From the human T2T-CHM13v2.0 reference genome, Homo sapiens: DNA of 64,000 nt. Under the pieces are notes generated by a model. That model was not told the origin of the DNA. It did no database searches and saw only the letters and a program-made list of their open reading frames with translations. A program made the position numbers and the translations under genes. The stretch lies in the NCBI RefSeq assembly GCF_009914755.1, contig NC_060944.1; one strand, given 5' to 3'. Below are positions 17,014 through 32,780 of the stretch, piece by piece. Numbering within the stretch: the stretch's first letter is position 1; every line of letters begins with the position of its first letter.

Positions 17014-19261
17014 TTACCTTTTATTATTTGTGGGGATATTGCTAATTGCCTCCCTGTGACCCCAAACTTCCTCAACTAGCAAATTCTCCGCATCTTTGCC
17101 TGTCTCCTATGGCACGGGAGACCCGTGTTCTACATGCTCTTGCAGGTGCTAGTCTCTGGGGTTTTGTTGACAAAGCAAATTAACATGATCTTTATTAGCA
17201 AATGTTTCCTTACCATAAGCTTCTGGTTCTTTGGGTGTTAACATTAAATATCTTTATTTTCAATTCAGTAACTCAGCCAGATGTGCTGTCTCCCCTATTT
17301 AGATCTATGGGTACTCTGAGAAAGATCTCCGAAGACAATGACCTCATGATACTTGAATTGTTCCACATCAGGCTTCTGGTCAGGAAGTGTTAACCTAGTG
17401 AGGCAGAAATAATGTGCTTTTGTTATGGAGCTGGCAGATGAAATATTGTGCTTGTTTTATAAGAAATTATATACTTAAAACTGGAGGCATTTGCAGATGT
17501 TAGGGCCAATAAGTTCTATTCAATTACCTAAACAGGTATGTTCATCTCACATGTTCCACTTTAATCAGGGTATCTAGAATCAGAGCTTCAAGATGACTCA
17601 CTAGCGGCACCCAGCGCTAGCCTCCTCCACAAAGAAAGATAAAAATGGTGAGTAGATAATGATACATAAAACAGAGCATCTAGGAGAGAATACTGACATG
17701 CAGCAGGAAAGCAACAGGGAATCTCTGAGGCACAGAGGGAGAGGTAAGCAAAGAAGCCAACTGGCCAAAATTGGCTCAGAGCCAGGACAAACTTCCCATT
17801 GCATGGTAAAGATAAGGAAGAGGTCTCCAGTGGTACACATCCCATCACAGACTCCTGCCCTCATTGGCCCAGAGAGTAGTATAGTGAGCTGCCTGGAGTC
17901 CATGCAATAGCACTGTTTCAGAAAGGGAGTTCACACTAGGTCCCCAACACCTCCCAAGATCCAAGCAGCTGCAGCACACTGCCATTTTGAGAGCCTACCT
18001 CCCACTAGACTACATCCTGCTTGAGGATCAACGGCTCCTCCATTCCCACAATATTGAAGCCTTGTTGATATACCCTTATGTACACCCAGAAGGCAACAGC
18101 ATCATAACACTGGCTGAACCCAGCAGTGTGGCTGGGTTCCCTGCATTCTACCCCATGCAGCGGAATGAGGAATTTTGAGTAAAAAGAAGTTGCAGCACAC
18201 TAGGGAGGCTGTCCCATGGACAAAAGAAACCAAAGCCTGCATTCTCCAGAGCCTGAGAGCTGCCTGCCTGAGGCCACTTCCCCTGATAGCAAATCCCTCC
18301 TTCTCCAGCAGCAGGTCCACTACACATCTTAATATACCTTCAGAAGGCCCAGGGACTGGCCTGCCCATGTGCCATCCAGGGTCCTGGGGATTGACCCACC
18401 CCACACACTGCAGCCAGCATCTGAGTGCATCATTAGGGGCCCAGAGGACAGATTTGCCTCAGGTGTAGCCCTCCAACAGTGGTGCCCATATGTATCATCC
18501 AGGAACCTAAGGATTGGCTTGCTTGGACCCAATAACACTGCTGCTTGTGCACACTGCCCAGATGCCCAAGGATAGGCATGTTCAGCCCACCATCACCACC
18601 ACTGGGGCTTGCAGTCTAGTCCACCTGGCATCCTTGTCTCCAGCAAAGCCTCACTACTGCTTCTATTAGCAACTGCCATGTAGGCCACTGAAAAAACTCA
18701 CAGATGGCACTGACTCTTATAGCCAAAGATTATGCAGAGACTACATTACAATGCCCATCCAGAATCAAAACCAAAACACCCTACTCAACTGACACTCTAG
18801 ACATATCAGTAGGAAAAAAATCTTTCCCTATGAAGGCCAATCCATAAAATTGGAAGAAGTGACTATTAAATAGACATGTAGATATCAACGTAAGGACACA
18901 AGAAACATGAGAAAGTAAGAAAACATGATACTTCCAAAGAAATACATCAATATTTCAATAATATATCCCAACAAAAGGAAATTTGTAAGATGCCTGAAGA
19001 AATATTCAAAATGATGATCTTAAAGAAACTCTGTGAGATACAAGAGAACACAGATAAATAATGCAAATTAATCAGTAAGACAACTCATAATCTGAATTTC
19101 AACAAAGAGATACATGTTATAATCAAACAGAAGCCTTGGAACTGAAGAATTCAATGAATGAAACAAAAAAATACAACTGAGAGCTTCAATAGTAGACTGT
19201 ATTAGGGAGAAGAAAGAGTTTCTCAACTTGAAGACAAATCTTTAATAATAACCTCATCAGA

Positions 19262-19465
19262 TGAAGGAAGAAGGAAGAAGAGAAGAAGAGAAGGAGAAGA
19301 GAAGGAAGATAAAAGAAGAAGAAGAGGAGGAGGAGAAGGAAGAAAAGAAGAAGAAGAGGAAGAAGAAGAAGAGAAGAAGAGAAGGAGAAGAGAAGGAAGA
19401 GAAAAGAAGAAGAGGAGGAGGAGGAGAAGGAAGAAAAGAAGAAGAAGAGGAGGAAGAGGAGGAGA
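19262..19465 (+). repeat. GAA/GGA polypurine tract (~200 bp)
   Basis: Seen directly; lies inside the old L1 ORF1. Confidence 0.95.
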
Positions 19466-20153
19466 CAATGGCTTATGTGACTTATGAGACAGCATAGAGC
19501 AACCAAACTTTCAAATTTTTAGAGTTCCAGAAGGAGAAGAGATGAGCAAAGACATGGAAAAACTACCTAATACAATAATAGCTGAAAACTTCTCAAGTCT
19601 TACGAGAGATATACACATCTAGATACAGGAAGTGCAAAGATTCCCGAATAGATTCAACCTGAAAAGATCATCTCCAAAGTATATTATAATCCAAATGTCA
19701 AAAGTCAAAGACAAATAAAGAATTCTAAAAACAGCAAGAGAAAATCATCAAGTCACATATAAGACTAATTAGTTTGACTCTATAAGACTAATAGCATGTC
19801 TCTCAACACTAACTTTACAGGCCAAGAGAGAGTGAAATGATACATTCAAAGTGAAGAAATGAAAAAAAAAAAAAAAACTATCAGGAAAATACACCATGCC
19901 CATAAAAACTATCCTTTAAAAATGAAGTGACTTCCCAGACAAGCAAAAACTTAGGAAATTCATTACCACTAGACTGACTGCACAAAAAATTTATTTAATG
20001 ACTTCTACATCCGGAAGAAAAAGATGATATGTATTATCAGAAAAACACAAAAATATAAACCTCACTGGTAGAGTAGATACACAAGTGAGAAAGAAAAAAA
20101 CTTAAATATTAGCACTACAGAAAATCAGCAAACCGCAATGATAAGAGAGAAAG

Positions 20154-20406
<253 letters not shown>

Positions 20407-21866
20407 TCAAATGTCTTCTTAGATCACTGTGGACAAAAACTAGAAATTGATCATAAGAGGAGCTTAGAAAATGTTACAAATATATGACAACTAAACAGAT
20501 TACTCTCCTGAATAACCCCTGGGTCAATGCAGAAATTAACAAGACAGGAAAAAAAAGTATTAAAACAAAAATGGAAACACAACATACCAAAACTCACGAG
20601 ATATAGCCAAAACAGTGCTAAAAGGAAAATTTATAGCAATAAATGCCTACATCAAAAAAGTAGGGAAAGATTGTAAATAAACAACTTAATCATGCACATC
20701 ACGGAACTGGAAAAAAAAGAACAAACCTAATCCAAATCAGAGAAAGCGGAACTAAATGAAATGGAGACTAAAAAAATAAGGCTAAGGATTGAAAAATGAA
20801 AAGTTGGTTTCTTGAAAAGATAAATGAAATGGATAGTTAGCTAGACTGACCACAAAAAAAAGAGATGACCCAAATAAATAAAATCAAAACCAGAAAAAGG
20901 AATCATTCAAATTGTTGTCACAGAAATAAAAAGTATCATTAGAAGCTATTAGGAACACCAACAAATAAAAAAACCTAAAGAAATAGATAAATTTCTGGCC
21001 ATATACAACTTTCCAAGATTGAACCAGAAAGAAATAGAAAAGCTGAATAGAGAAATAACGAGTAATGAGATTGAATAGGCAATGAAACCACCCCGCTTCA
21101 ACAAAGAAAAGCCCAGGACCAGATGATGTCTTTACTGCTGAATTCTACAAAACTTACAAAGAAGTACTAAGATCAAATTTTTCTCAATGAATTTCAAAAA
21201 CTAAAAGAGGAGGGAATTTTTCCTAACTCATTCAACAAGGCTAAACCCTGAGAAACATAAATACAAAACTCCTTAACAAACTACTAGCAAGTGAAATCCA
21301 ACAACACATCAAAAAGATAATATATCATAAGTACGCAAGATTTATCCCAGGGATGAAACGATGTTTCAGCACACACAAATCAATATATATATTATACATC
21401 ACATCAACAGAATAAAAGACAAATACCATACAATCATCTCAAGATGCAGTAAAATCATTGGATAAAATTTAGTATCCCTTAATGATAAAAACTCTCAAGC
21501 AACCCAGGCATAGAAGGAATATATCTCAACATGATAAAGTCCATATATGAAAACCCACAGTTAGCATCATACTGAATGGGGGAAAGCTTTCAGCTTTTTC
21601 TCAAAGAACTGGAAAAAGACAAAGATTTACCATTTCTCAAGGGAAAGAAATAAAAGGCATCCAAATTAGAAAAGAGAAAGTCAAATTATCTCTTTGCAGG
21701 CAACATGATTTTATATATAAATAAACCTAAAGACTCCACCAGAAAATTATTAGAACTGATAAATTCTGTAAAGTTGCAGGATATAAAATCAGCATACAAC
21801 AATGAGTACCATTTCTCTACACCAATAATGAACTAGCAGAAAAAAAAAAATCAAGAAGGCAATCCT

Positions 21867-22142
21867 GCCAGGCACGGTGGCTCACGCCTGTAATCCCAGC
21901 ACTTTGGGAGGCCAAGGCGGGTGGATCACGAGGTCAGGAGATCGAGACCATCCTGTCTAACACGGTGAAACCCTGTCTCTACTAAAAATACAAAAAATTA
22001 GCCGGGCGCAGTGGCAGGCGCCTGTAGTCCCAGCTACTCGGGAGGCTGAGGCAGGAGAATGGCATGAACCCGGGAGGTGGAGCTTGCAGTGAGCCTAGAT
22101 AGCGCCACTGCACGCAAGACTCTGTCTCAAAAAAAAAAAAAA
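21867..22142 (+). mobile_element. AluY with a small 3' internal deletion
   Basis: TSD aagaaggcaatcct at 21853-21866 and 22143-22156. Confidence 0.95.
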
Positions 22143-24320
22143 AAGAAGGCAATCCTAGTTACTATAGCTACAAAAAAAAGGAATAAATTTAACTAAGGAG
22201 GTGAAAGACAAGGAAAGCTACAAAACACTAATGAAAGAAATTGAAGTGGACATATAAAAAATGATGACCATCCTATGTTAATGGATTGTAAGAATTAACA
22301 TTGCCAAAATAACCATACTGCCCAAAGCAATTTACAGATTCAGTGCAATCCTTATCAAAACACCAGTGTCATTTATCACAGAAATAGAAAAAACAATCCG
22401 AAAATTCATATGGAACCAAAAACAATTCAAGCAGCCAAAGCAACCTTAAGTAAAAAGAACAAAGCTAGAGACATCAGACCACCCAACTTCAAAATATCTT
22501 ATAAAGCTATAGTAACCAAAACAGCATGGTATTGATATAAAAACACACATCTAAACCAGAGGAATACAATAGAGAACCCAGAAATAAATTCACATATTTA
22601 TAGCCAACTGATTTTTGAGTAAGGTACCAAGATCATACATTGGAAAAAGAACACCCTCTCTAATAAATGGTACTGGAAAAACTGGATATCCATACACAGA
22701 AGAATGAAACTAGATCCCTATTTCTCAGTGTATTAAAAATGTCCACTCAAAATTAATTAAAGACTTAAGTGCAAGACCCAAAATTATAAAGCTACTAGAA
22801 GGAAACATAGAAGAAACACAGCAGAACATTGGTCTAGGCAAAGATTTTATGGCTAAGACCTCAAAAGCATGGACAACAAAAACAAAAGTAGACAAATGGG
22901 ACTATATTAAACTAAAAAGTTTCAACACCACAAAGGAAACAATTGGTAAAGAAAACACCTGTTGAATGGGAGAAAATATTTGCAAACAATTAAACCCACA
23001 AGGCAGTAACATTCAGGATATAAAAGCAACTCAAACTCAATAGAAAAGCAATGAAATATTCTCATTAAAGAGTTAAGAAAAGTATCTAAATAAAAAATTT
23101 CACAAAAACAGACATATAAATGACCAACAGGTGTATTTTTTAAAAAGCTCAACATTATCTTTTGCATCAGATTAATGCAAATCATCATACCCCAGATAAA
23201 ATGGCTATTATCAAGAAGACAAAAAATAACAGATGCTGGTGATGATGTGGAGAAAAGGAAATTCTCATACACTGTTAATGAGAATGTAGATTAGTATAGC
23301 CATTATATAAATCAAAATGGAAATTTCTCAAAAAACTAAAATAGAACTACCATATGATCCAGCTATTCCACTACTCAGTCATTATCCAAAAGAACAGAAA
23401 TCAGTATATCAAAGGGATAACTGCACCTCTATGTTTATCACAGCACTATTCATGACAGCAGAGATATGAAATCAATCTAAGGTGTCTATCAACAGATGAA
23501 TGAATAAAGAAAATGTGACATATGAACGCAAATTTAATACTATTCAGCCATAAAATGAATTAATTTCTGTCATTTGCACCAACATGGATGGAACTGGAGG
23601 TCATTGCATTAAGTGAAATAAGTCTGGCACAGGAAGACAGATATTGCATGTTCTCACTCAAATGTGGGAGCTGAAAAGTTGATCTAATGGAAATAGTGAG
23701 GATAATGCTAGTTATCAGTGACTGGGCTGGGTTTGCGTTTGGTGGGGTGGGAATAAAGAGAGATTAGTTAATGGGTACAAACATAAAATTAGATAGAAGG
23801 AATAAGTTCTAGTGTTCAATTGCACAGTAGGATTACTATAGTTTACAATAATTTGTTTTACATTTCAAAAGAGCTAGAAGAGATTTAAAATATTCTCAAT
23901 ACAAAGAAAGTATCAATGTTTGAGGAGATATACAACCTAAATACCCTGACTTGATCATTACACATGCTATACTTGTATCGAAATGTCACATGTATCCCAT
24001 AAAAATGTACAATTATTATGTGTCAATAAAAAAGGAAGTTTATCAAGAGCTGCACCGTCTAGCTAAATCTACCACAACCAGAAAGCTAGCATGAATGAAC
24101 ATATGTTTGTATTTTGTTACTTATCCCCATTTTCATTTTCTAAAGTTTAGGAGAGACGAAAGTAATGTAAACATGGTGGGCACTGAGTAACCACTGAGGA
24201 CCCTCCTGTTTCCTCACTAGAGTTTCTAGTAAAAGTGAATTTGAGTCTGATCTCAGCATTGTCTTAGTGGAGAATACAGTGGCACTAGAAGGTGCTTACA
24301 ACAGTAGTAGGTGTTAACAG

Positions 24321-24482
24321 CAGGGCTGGGTACATGGGGCTGGGGGAGGTGGGCAGTGCAAAATGAAAATACAGGGGCTCTTGTTCAATAATGATTAAGA
24401 ATTTCAAGACAGAAACAGAAAAACATTAAATCAAGCATGGGATCCTTCTAAGCATAGAGTCCCATGTGAGAAGCCAGCCCTG
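24321..24482. mobile_element. MER45A-like hAT-Tip100 element
   Basis: cagggctgg...ccagccctg termini; cagtgcaaaatgaaaat...ttaagaatttcaagac. Confidence 0.75.
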
Positions 24483-26151
24483 CCTGGAATTTCAGACCCA
24501 AGGACAGCATTGTGCAGGTCAGCTCTGCACAGTTTCTGAAGGCAGGAGGCTGAGAATGATCCAACTGTTGAAGGAGTTTTACTCTGAGCTTCTTTAAAAA
24601 GCCTGGTCAGACTCAAAGCCTTTATTTATTTATTATCTTATTTTTCTTTTACAAACTTGAGAGGAAAGATCAGGAATACATTAAAATATCAACAGGGTTA
24701 TAGTCTGAAGCTAATTATTTATTTTGTGTAAATACTAGAGAAGATTCAGCCAAATGGCTGAAATCAACCCATCGGGAGTAGGAGGGGGAGGGAAGAGGGT
24801 GTAAACTGCAGATTTTCTATTGCGACTAGGAAGGAGGATAAATCTTCTCCAGAAACAGCTGGTTGCCATGGTAAAATGGTAAAGAGAGATTTTCTTCAGC
24901 TTTTCTCTTCTGATTCTGAAAAACAAAACTGAGAATGAAGCCAAAGAAGAAACTTCAAGTGAAATGATTGAGCTTGGACCCCAAGCAAAACAGCAAGAAA
25001 TGATCTCAGAGGAGGGATTAACTCAGGTGTCAAGGCTGGTAGATGGAACAGGCAAGAATGCATTGCTCTGGTAAGCCTCCAAAGTCTGGGATAGCCAAAT
25101 AATCACTGATTGCTGGGCACAGAACTTGTGTCCAGAGCTGTGCTAGGCACCTTCAATACATTATTTCATTTAATTTGTATAGCTTCACAGCAAGCTTAGC
25201 ATAACACATATTATCATGCTCATTGTACAGAGGAACAAACTAAGGTTAAAAAGGTTTCATAATTTGGCCAAAGTCATATTGCTCTAAAGTGTCAAACTCT
25301 ACCTCTAAATCTTGGAAAGACATGGCCCATAAAGAAAACGAGCAAGTGGAACAAGATGAGGAATATGTTAAAGAAATTGAGGACTTTGCAGAAATAATGA
25401 AGGTTAAGAGGAATAAACTAGAAGATTAAAAGTCCAATTAGAGATAATGGTTTGACATTAGTACTCATGCCTTAAATGTTTTTTGAATTGATATTTATGT
25501 TTTCTTGTATCTGTTAGAAATTAGCTTTATTAAGTATTTGCTAAAGGCTCAGATCTCAAGTTTTTCATCAAAAGAGAAAGTATTCACTTGCTCGCATGAT
25601 AGGGGAGGCAAATGCTCCATCTAATGGCAATTCAAGAACATTCTAAAGCTGTGTCATATTTTAACCCACAAGAAGCAAACCAAGGAGGTGTCTAAGTGGG
25701 CTAAGTATTATTCAATACTTATATTCAACAAACTATATATTCAATAAAAACCTATTGAACGAATGACTACAAAATGGGAGAACTAATAAGTATACAAGTA
25801 CACATGGTAAAAGGGTCACAAGCTTCTTGTTTCTGCCAAACTTGTTAGTAAATAACTTTAATAAAGACAATATAGACTTCAAAACAGGTTTCTCTACACT
25901 AAATATTAATTATCAGCCTTCAAACAAGAATATCTCCTCTTCAACCAAGAATATATCTGCATACCTACCATTGTCATAAAACTTGTATCTTGTGGTAGAA
26001 AGAAATTGGGTAACTCTCAACACTCATCGCAACATCTTTATTTCTACGAGGAATTTCCATGCACATTGGTTAAGAATTCTGTGTGCCAACAGAATCTCTA
26101 TTTTGTCATATTCTAGGTTTCTCTCCCATTTCAAAAGTGAATCAAAGGCGG

Positions 26152-26567
26152 TGATATAGTTTGTATATTTGTCCCTTCCAAATCTCATGTTGAAATGTGA
26201 CCCCTAATTTTGGAAGTGGGGCCTGGTGTTTGTGTCATGGGGATGGATCTCTCACGAATGGCTTGGTGCCCTCTCTGCAGTAACAAGTGTGTTTTTGGAG
26301 TCAGTTTTTGCTCTATTAGTTGACATGAGAGCTGGTTGTTTAAAAAAGCCTGTCATCTCTCTTGCTTCCTCACTTGCCATGTGATGCACCTGCTCCCCCT
26401 TTGCCTTCTGCCATCAATGAAAGATTCCTGAGTCCTCACCAGAAGCCACGCAGGTGCTGATGCCATGCTTATGTAGCCTGTAGAACTGTGAGCCAAATAA
26501 GCCTCTTTTGTTTATAAATTATCCAGTCTCAGATATTTCTTTATAGCAAACAAAATGAACTAACAGA
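26152..26567 (+). mobile_element. MaLR solo LTR (MSTB-like)
   Basis: tgatatagtttg...aaatctcatgttgaaatgtga...ctgtgagccaaataa...ctttatagcaa. Confidence 0.88.
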
Positions 26568-27427
26568 AGAGGTAACTATTCATTCTTTCTCATTGCAATC
26601 CAATGAGGGGTCTCAGAAACACCCATTACAATGGCTTCCCAGGCTCCCCTCAGAACAGTCACATGACACCTGGAATGATGCCTTCATGGAGTCATGCAGT
26701 GTCTGCTCAACAACTGTTGCTTTCCATTCCTCAGTAATGACAAGTACACTGGCTTCTCTCTCTACCATGTCCCTATCTAAAACTAAAATTTTGTATATTA
26801 TTCCCTTGGGGCCATGTTCTCAGGCAGCTATCATAGCTGAAAAAGGATCTGTCAAAGAAGGCTCCACTGAAATGTTAATTACTGACAATGGCATAACGCT
26901 TTTCCTGCTCAGGGATGTTTGCATTTTGTGAGGGTCTTAGAAATAGCTAAATCTCAGCTAGTATATAGCCCAGCGACTGTTTCATGGATAATATTTAATA
27001 CAATGTTTGAACTAAACTCAACAAAATAATGAATCTCTAGTAGTGGAAATACAAGCTGAGTATAGAAGACTTACTTGGACAAAGAAGTTGTCCAAGTGTA
27101 ACTCAATCTCCAGAATTGAGTTTGAGCTAACTTTAATTCTGACTCTCCACATTTGTCAGAAATTCTCACAGGCACATGTAGATCAATGGAAGAGGACAGA
27201 GATCTCAGAAATCAACCCATGCATATATACATGGTCAACTCATCTTTGACAACGGTGCTAAGAACACACATGTGAAAAAGATGGTCTCTTCAATGAACAG
27301 TGTGGGAAAGACTAGATATCCACATGCAACAAAATAAAATTGAATCCTTATCTTACATCATACTCAAAAATAGAGTAAGCTTGAAATTGAATAAAAACTT
27401 AAATGTAAGACCTAAAACTATAAAATT

Positions 27428-28620
<1,193 letters not shown>

Positions 28621-28636
28621 CTAAAATGCTTCTGCA

Positions 28637-29000
<364 letters not shown>

Positions 29001-30669
29001 TTAACCTCCAAAATATATAAGAAACCCCAACTGCTCATTAGCCAAAAAATAAGTAACCTGATCAAAAGAAGGGCAAAGAACCTAAATAGATATTTCTCCA
29101 AAGAAGAAGTACAAATGGGTAACACGTACATGAGAAGCTACTTAACGTCATTAATCATCAGGTAAATGTAAATCAAAACCACAATGAGATATCACCTTAC
29201 ACATTGGGATGGCTATTACCAAAAAGGTGAGCGATAACAAGTATTGTCAAGTGAGTAGAGAAAAGGGAACCCTTGTACACTGCTGGTGGGAATGTAAATT
29301 GTTACAGCCATTATGTAAAGCAGTATGGACATCCCTTAAAAAATTACAACTACCACATGATCCAGCAATCTCCCTTCTAGTTATACATCCAAAGGAAATG
29401 AAAGCAACATCTCAAAAAATATTTGCATTCCATATTTATTGCAGCATGTTTCACAATAGCCAAGATATGGAAACAACCTAAGTGTCCATCAATGGGAAAA
29501 TATGGATAAAGAAAACTCTTATCTAGCCATAATAAGGAAGAAAATACTACCATTTTTGTTAACGTGGATAAACCTGGAGGACATTATGCTAAGTGAAATA
29601 AGCCAGACACAGAAAAACCAATATTGCATGAGCTCACTTATATATGAAACTCAACAGAGCTCAGAAAGTCAAACTCATAGAAGCAGAGAGCCAAATGGTG
29701 GTTGCCAGCAGCTAGGGGAGTGGAGGAAATGGGGAGATGTTGATCAAAGGGTACAAACTTCCAGTTAGTCACAATATGAGTAAGTTATGGGGAATCTAAT
29801 GCACAGCAGGGTGACTATAATTCAACAATACTGTATCATTTACTAAAAATTTGCTAAAAGAGTAGATCTCAAGTGTCCACAACCCCCCCACCACACACAC
29901 ACATACACACACATACAATAGTAACAATGTGAGATGATGGATGAGCTAATTCATTGTGGTAACCATTTCATTATATACATATATATATATAATATATATA
30001 TATAACATCATCACATTTACACCTTAAATATATATACAATTTTTGCCAATTTTACATCAATGCAGTGGAAGATAAAAATAAAATGAAATTTCTGCCCGAC
30101 ATCTGAATGAAATTCCTTCCAGCAAAATTTAACCTAAATCCTTTCCTACACTGCTTCATAGAAAATGAGCAAAGGGCACTGCTTTCCTATATACAAAACT
30201 TGTCTTATATTTGAATATTGCAGTACTGGAGGGAGAGAGAGATTGGTTTATTATCCAAATGAAATATTTACCCACAAGAAGTTCTTCTATATATAAGAGT
30301 ATGAAGCGATCCAAATATATAAAGCTAATATTGTTTCAAATTAGCTTCTATCACATATTTGATTGCTTATGGCTTTTCACTAATTAGTTGGTAGTAATTA
30401 TACAAAAAAAAAACCTTTCACTCTTTATTAAGGAATATGTTTCAAGAACACATGGACACATGGATTCAGTTTTCTTGGGTGAAACGTAACAAAAATCACA
30501 CTCTACTTGGGTTCCAAAGAGCTGCTTTTGTGTTCTGGAGTGTCTTAGTTGTATGACCTCAATCAGTGAATTTGACTTCTCTGATCTTCAGTGTTTTTGT
30601 TTTTGTTGGCAAGATGGGGCATTTTATTATTTTAAATGATGTAGCACCTACTTTAGGACAGGTACCGGT

Positions 30670-30870
30670 TAGACTTCTTGCAAATGTGAATCTATTTAAT
30701 CCCAGGGTACAGTACTATTATCAGACTTGTTTTGCAGATTAAAAAAACAGGGAACAGAAAGGTTAAGTAACATGCCCAAGGTCACATAGCTGACGAGAAA
30801 CAGTCTGGGCTTGAATCCATCTGAAGCAGTCTGGCTCCCGTGTCAGGCTCCAATCTGGAATGTTAACCAT
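30670..30870 (-). mobile_element. MIR
   Basis: ggttaagtaacatgcccaaggtcacatagct. Confidence 0.75.
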
Positions 30871-31039
30871 TGCACATGGCACAGCTTCTCACAAACTGGA
30901 ATCCTGGGTCATGGGAGTATGAAGGAATCCACATTCCCAACCAAGGCTTAAATTGCAGGGGGAATGTGATCTGCCTGACAGGCAGAGGTCCTGAACAATG
31001 CCTGAGGGATGAGGAGGGTCTTTATTACATGATTACAAA

Positions 31040-31480
31040 AATTTGAGTTCAGTCAGAAGCAGTCCATGAGACAAGATGTAATTTATTCACGAGGTGACCA
31101 TAGAAAATCCAGGTAGAGAAGGGGAGTGGGGAAGTGAGACAGGGAAGGGATAGATGTCAAACCAGCATATGGTCATGAATGTGTCACCACCTGGGCAACA
31201 GGGGCTCTATCCTACTGCAGACCTTTGGGACACAGGTTAGCATACATAAAAACAGTCCCACCTAAGGGGCAAGGAAGCTGAGAGGTTTAGCAACCACCTC
31301 GCACTCCTCCTCATTGGAGGATATTTCTAGGGGCATTAACTCCCTGGCACTGTGGGTGATGCCTTCTCAAAGACCCACACAGGCTTCTATGAGCAGAGAC
31401 ACAGGTGCTGCAACAGGAGAAACTGTAAATGCCAGGGCCCAGAGGAAGGACTCTGACAGCATGCATGACAAAGCACAGGG
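31040..31480 (-). mobile_element. Ancient ERVL LTR (LTR16/LTR33-like)
   Basis: ggggagtggggaagtgagacagggaaggga...gggcaaggaagctg...gggcattaactccctggcact. Confidence 0.6.
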
Positions 31481-31664
31481 AGCAGATACAAATTAGTACA
31501 CCCATCGGCTTAGGAATAATTACGAAGTCTTCTGGGTGCAAAAATGCTGTTGGCCTTCCCTACCCTAGCAGGGCATTCTCTCTCCCCTGACCTTCACCGC
31601 TGCTGGTTATCAGCATCGCTTGCCTGTAGAGCGTGACGAGTAATAAGTTAAGAGTTTCAAGGAT

Positions 31665-32780
31665 TAGCTCATTCATTCAACAAGCTGTTATTTTTTTAGT
31701 TTTCTTTTTTTATTCTTAAAAAAAATGGTGGGGGGGATACATGTGCGGAACGTGCGGGTTTGTTACATAGGTATACATGTGCCGTGGTGGTTTGCTGCAC
31801 TTATTAACCCGTCCTCTAAGTTCCCTCCCTTCACCCTCCACCGCCCAGCAACAGGCCCTGGTGTGTGTTGTTCTCTGTGTCTATGTGTTCTCAATGTTCA
31901 ACTCCCACTTACGGGTGAGAACGTGTGGTATTTGGTTTTCTGTTAGTGTGTTGGTTTGCTGAAGATGATGGCTTCCAGCTTCATCCATGTCCCTGCAAAG
32001 CAAGGTTTTATTAGGCACCTCTACGCACCAGGAAGTCTTTAGGTACTGGTGACACAATAATAAAAATAAAATAAAATAAAAAACAGGCAAAAGTCATTGC
32101 CCACATGGAGCCTACATTCTGGTAGAGGAAACAAGAATCAAATATGTAATTAATATGTGTTTATGAAATGCTGGACAGTCAGTGTTTGGGGAAATAAGAA
32201 GCAGAATAAGGGGATTGGAAAGTGCCCTTTGTTCAACGTATTAAGTGTAATGGCCACAGAGGACCTCATCGAGGACAGGAGGGGACGTTTAAGTTGAAAT
32301 TTGAAAGAGGGGAGAGAGTCAACCATGCAGGTAACTGGGGGAGGGGAGTTCGGGAAAGAGGACAGGAGGGGCATTCCAGCCAAGGGACCACCTGAGGCCT
32401 GTAGATGAATCGAGGAGTAGGGAAGGATGTGGCTATGTGGCTCTATGGAAATAATACATGGAAGAAGGTAGGAGCTGAGATTGGAGAGATAAGCCTGAGT
32501 CAGTTCTCAGGCTCTATGGGACTCTACATGGACAGGGAGAAAAGGAGAGCTACTAGGGGGATGGCATGGCAGGAATTTAAAGAGCTCACTGTCTGCTGGG
32601 TTGAGAACAGACTGTGAAGGGCAGAGGATGAAGTAGTGAGTTCAGTTCAGAGGCTGTTGTGGTGATCCAAGTGAAAAATGAGAAGATTGTGCCAGGGGGT
32701 GGCAGTGGAGATGTCGAACAGAATCTGGCTGTATGGTGATTATTGACACGACTTCCCAAAAGTCTAGATACGGGATAAGA
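31665..32780 (-). mobile_element. L2 3' portion
   Basis: cattcattcaacaa tail; catggagcctacattctggt; gaggctgttgtggtgatccaagtga. Confidence 0.75.
31693..32000 (-). mobile_element. Short L1PA8-like 3' end inserted in an L2
   Basis: gatacatgtgcggaacgtgc...ccgtcctctaagttccctcc; degenerate TSD caagctgttatt / caaggttttatt. Confidence 0.8.

Noticed and set aside
19186-19506. Poly-E/K/R and poly-L/F/S ORFs
   Set aside because: Translations of the GAA/GGA simple repeat.
24862-24875. RFX X-box-like gttgccatggtaaa
   Set aside because: Single imperfect motif without other support.
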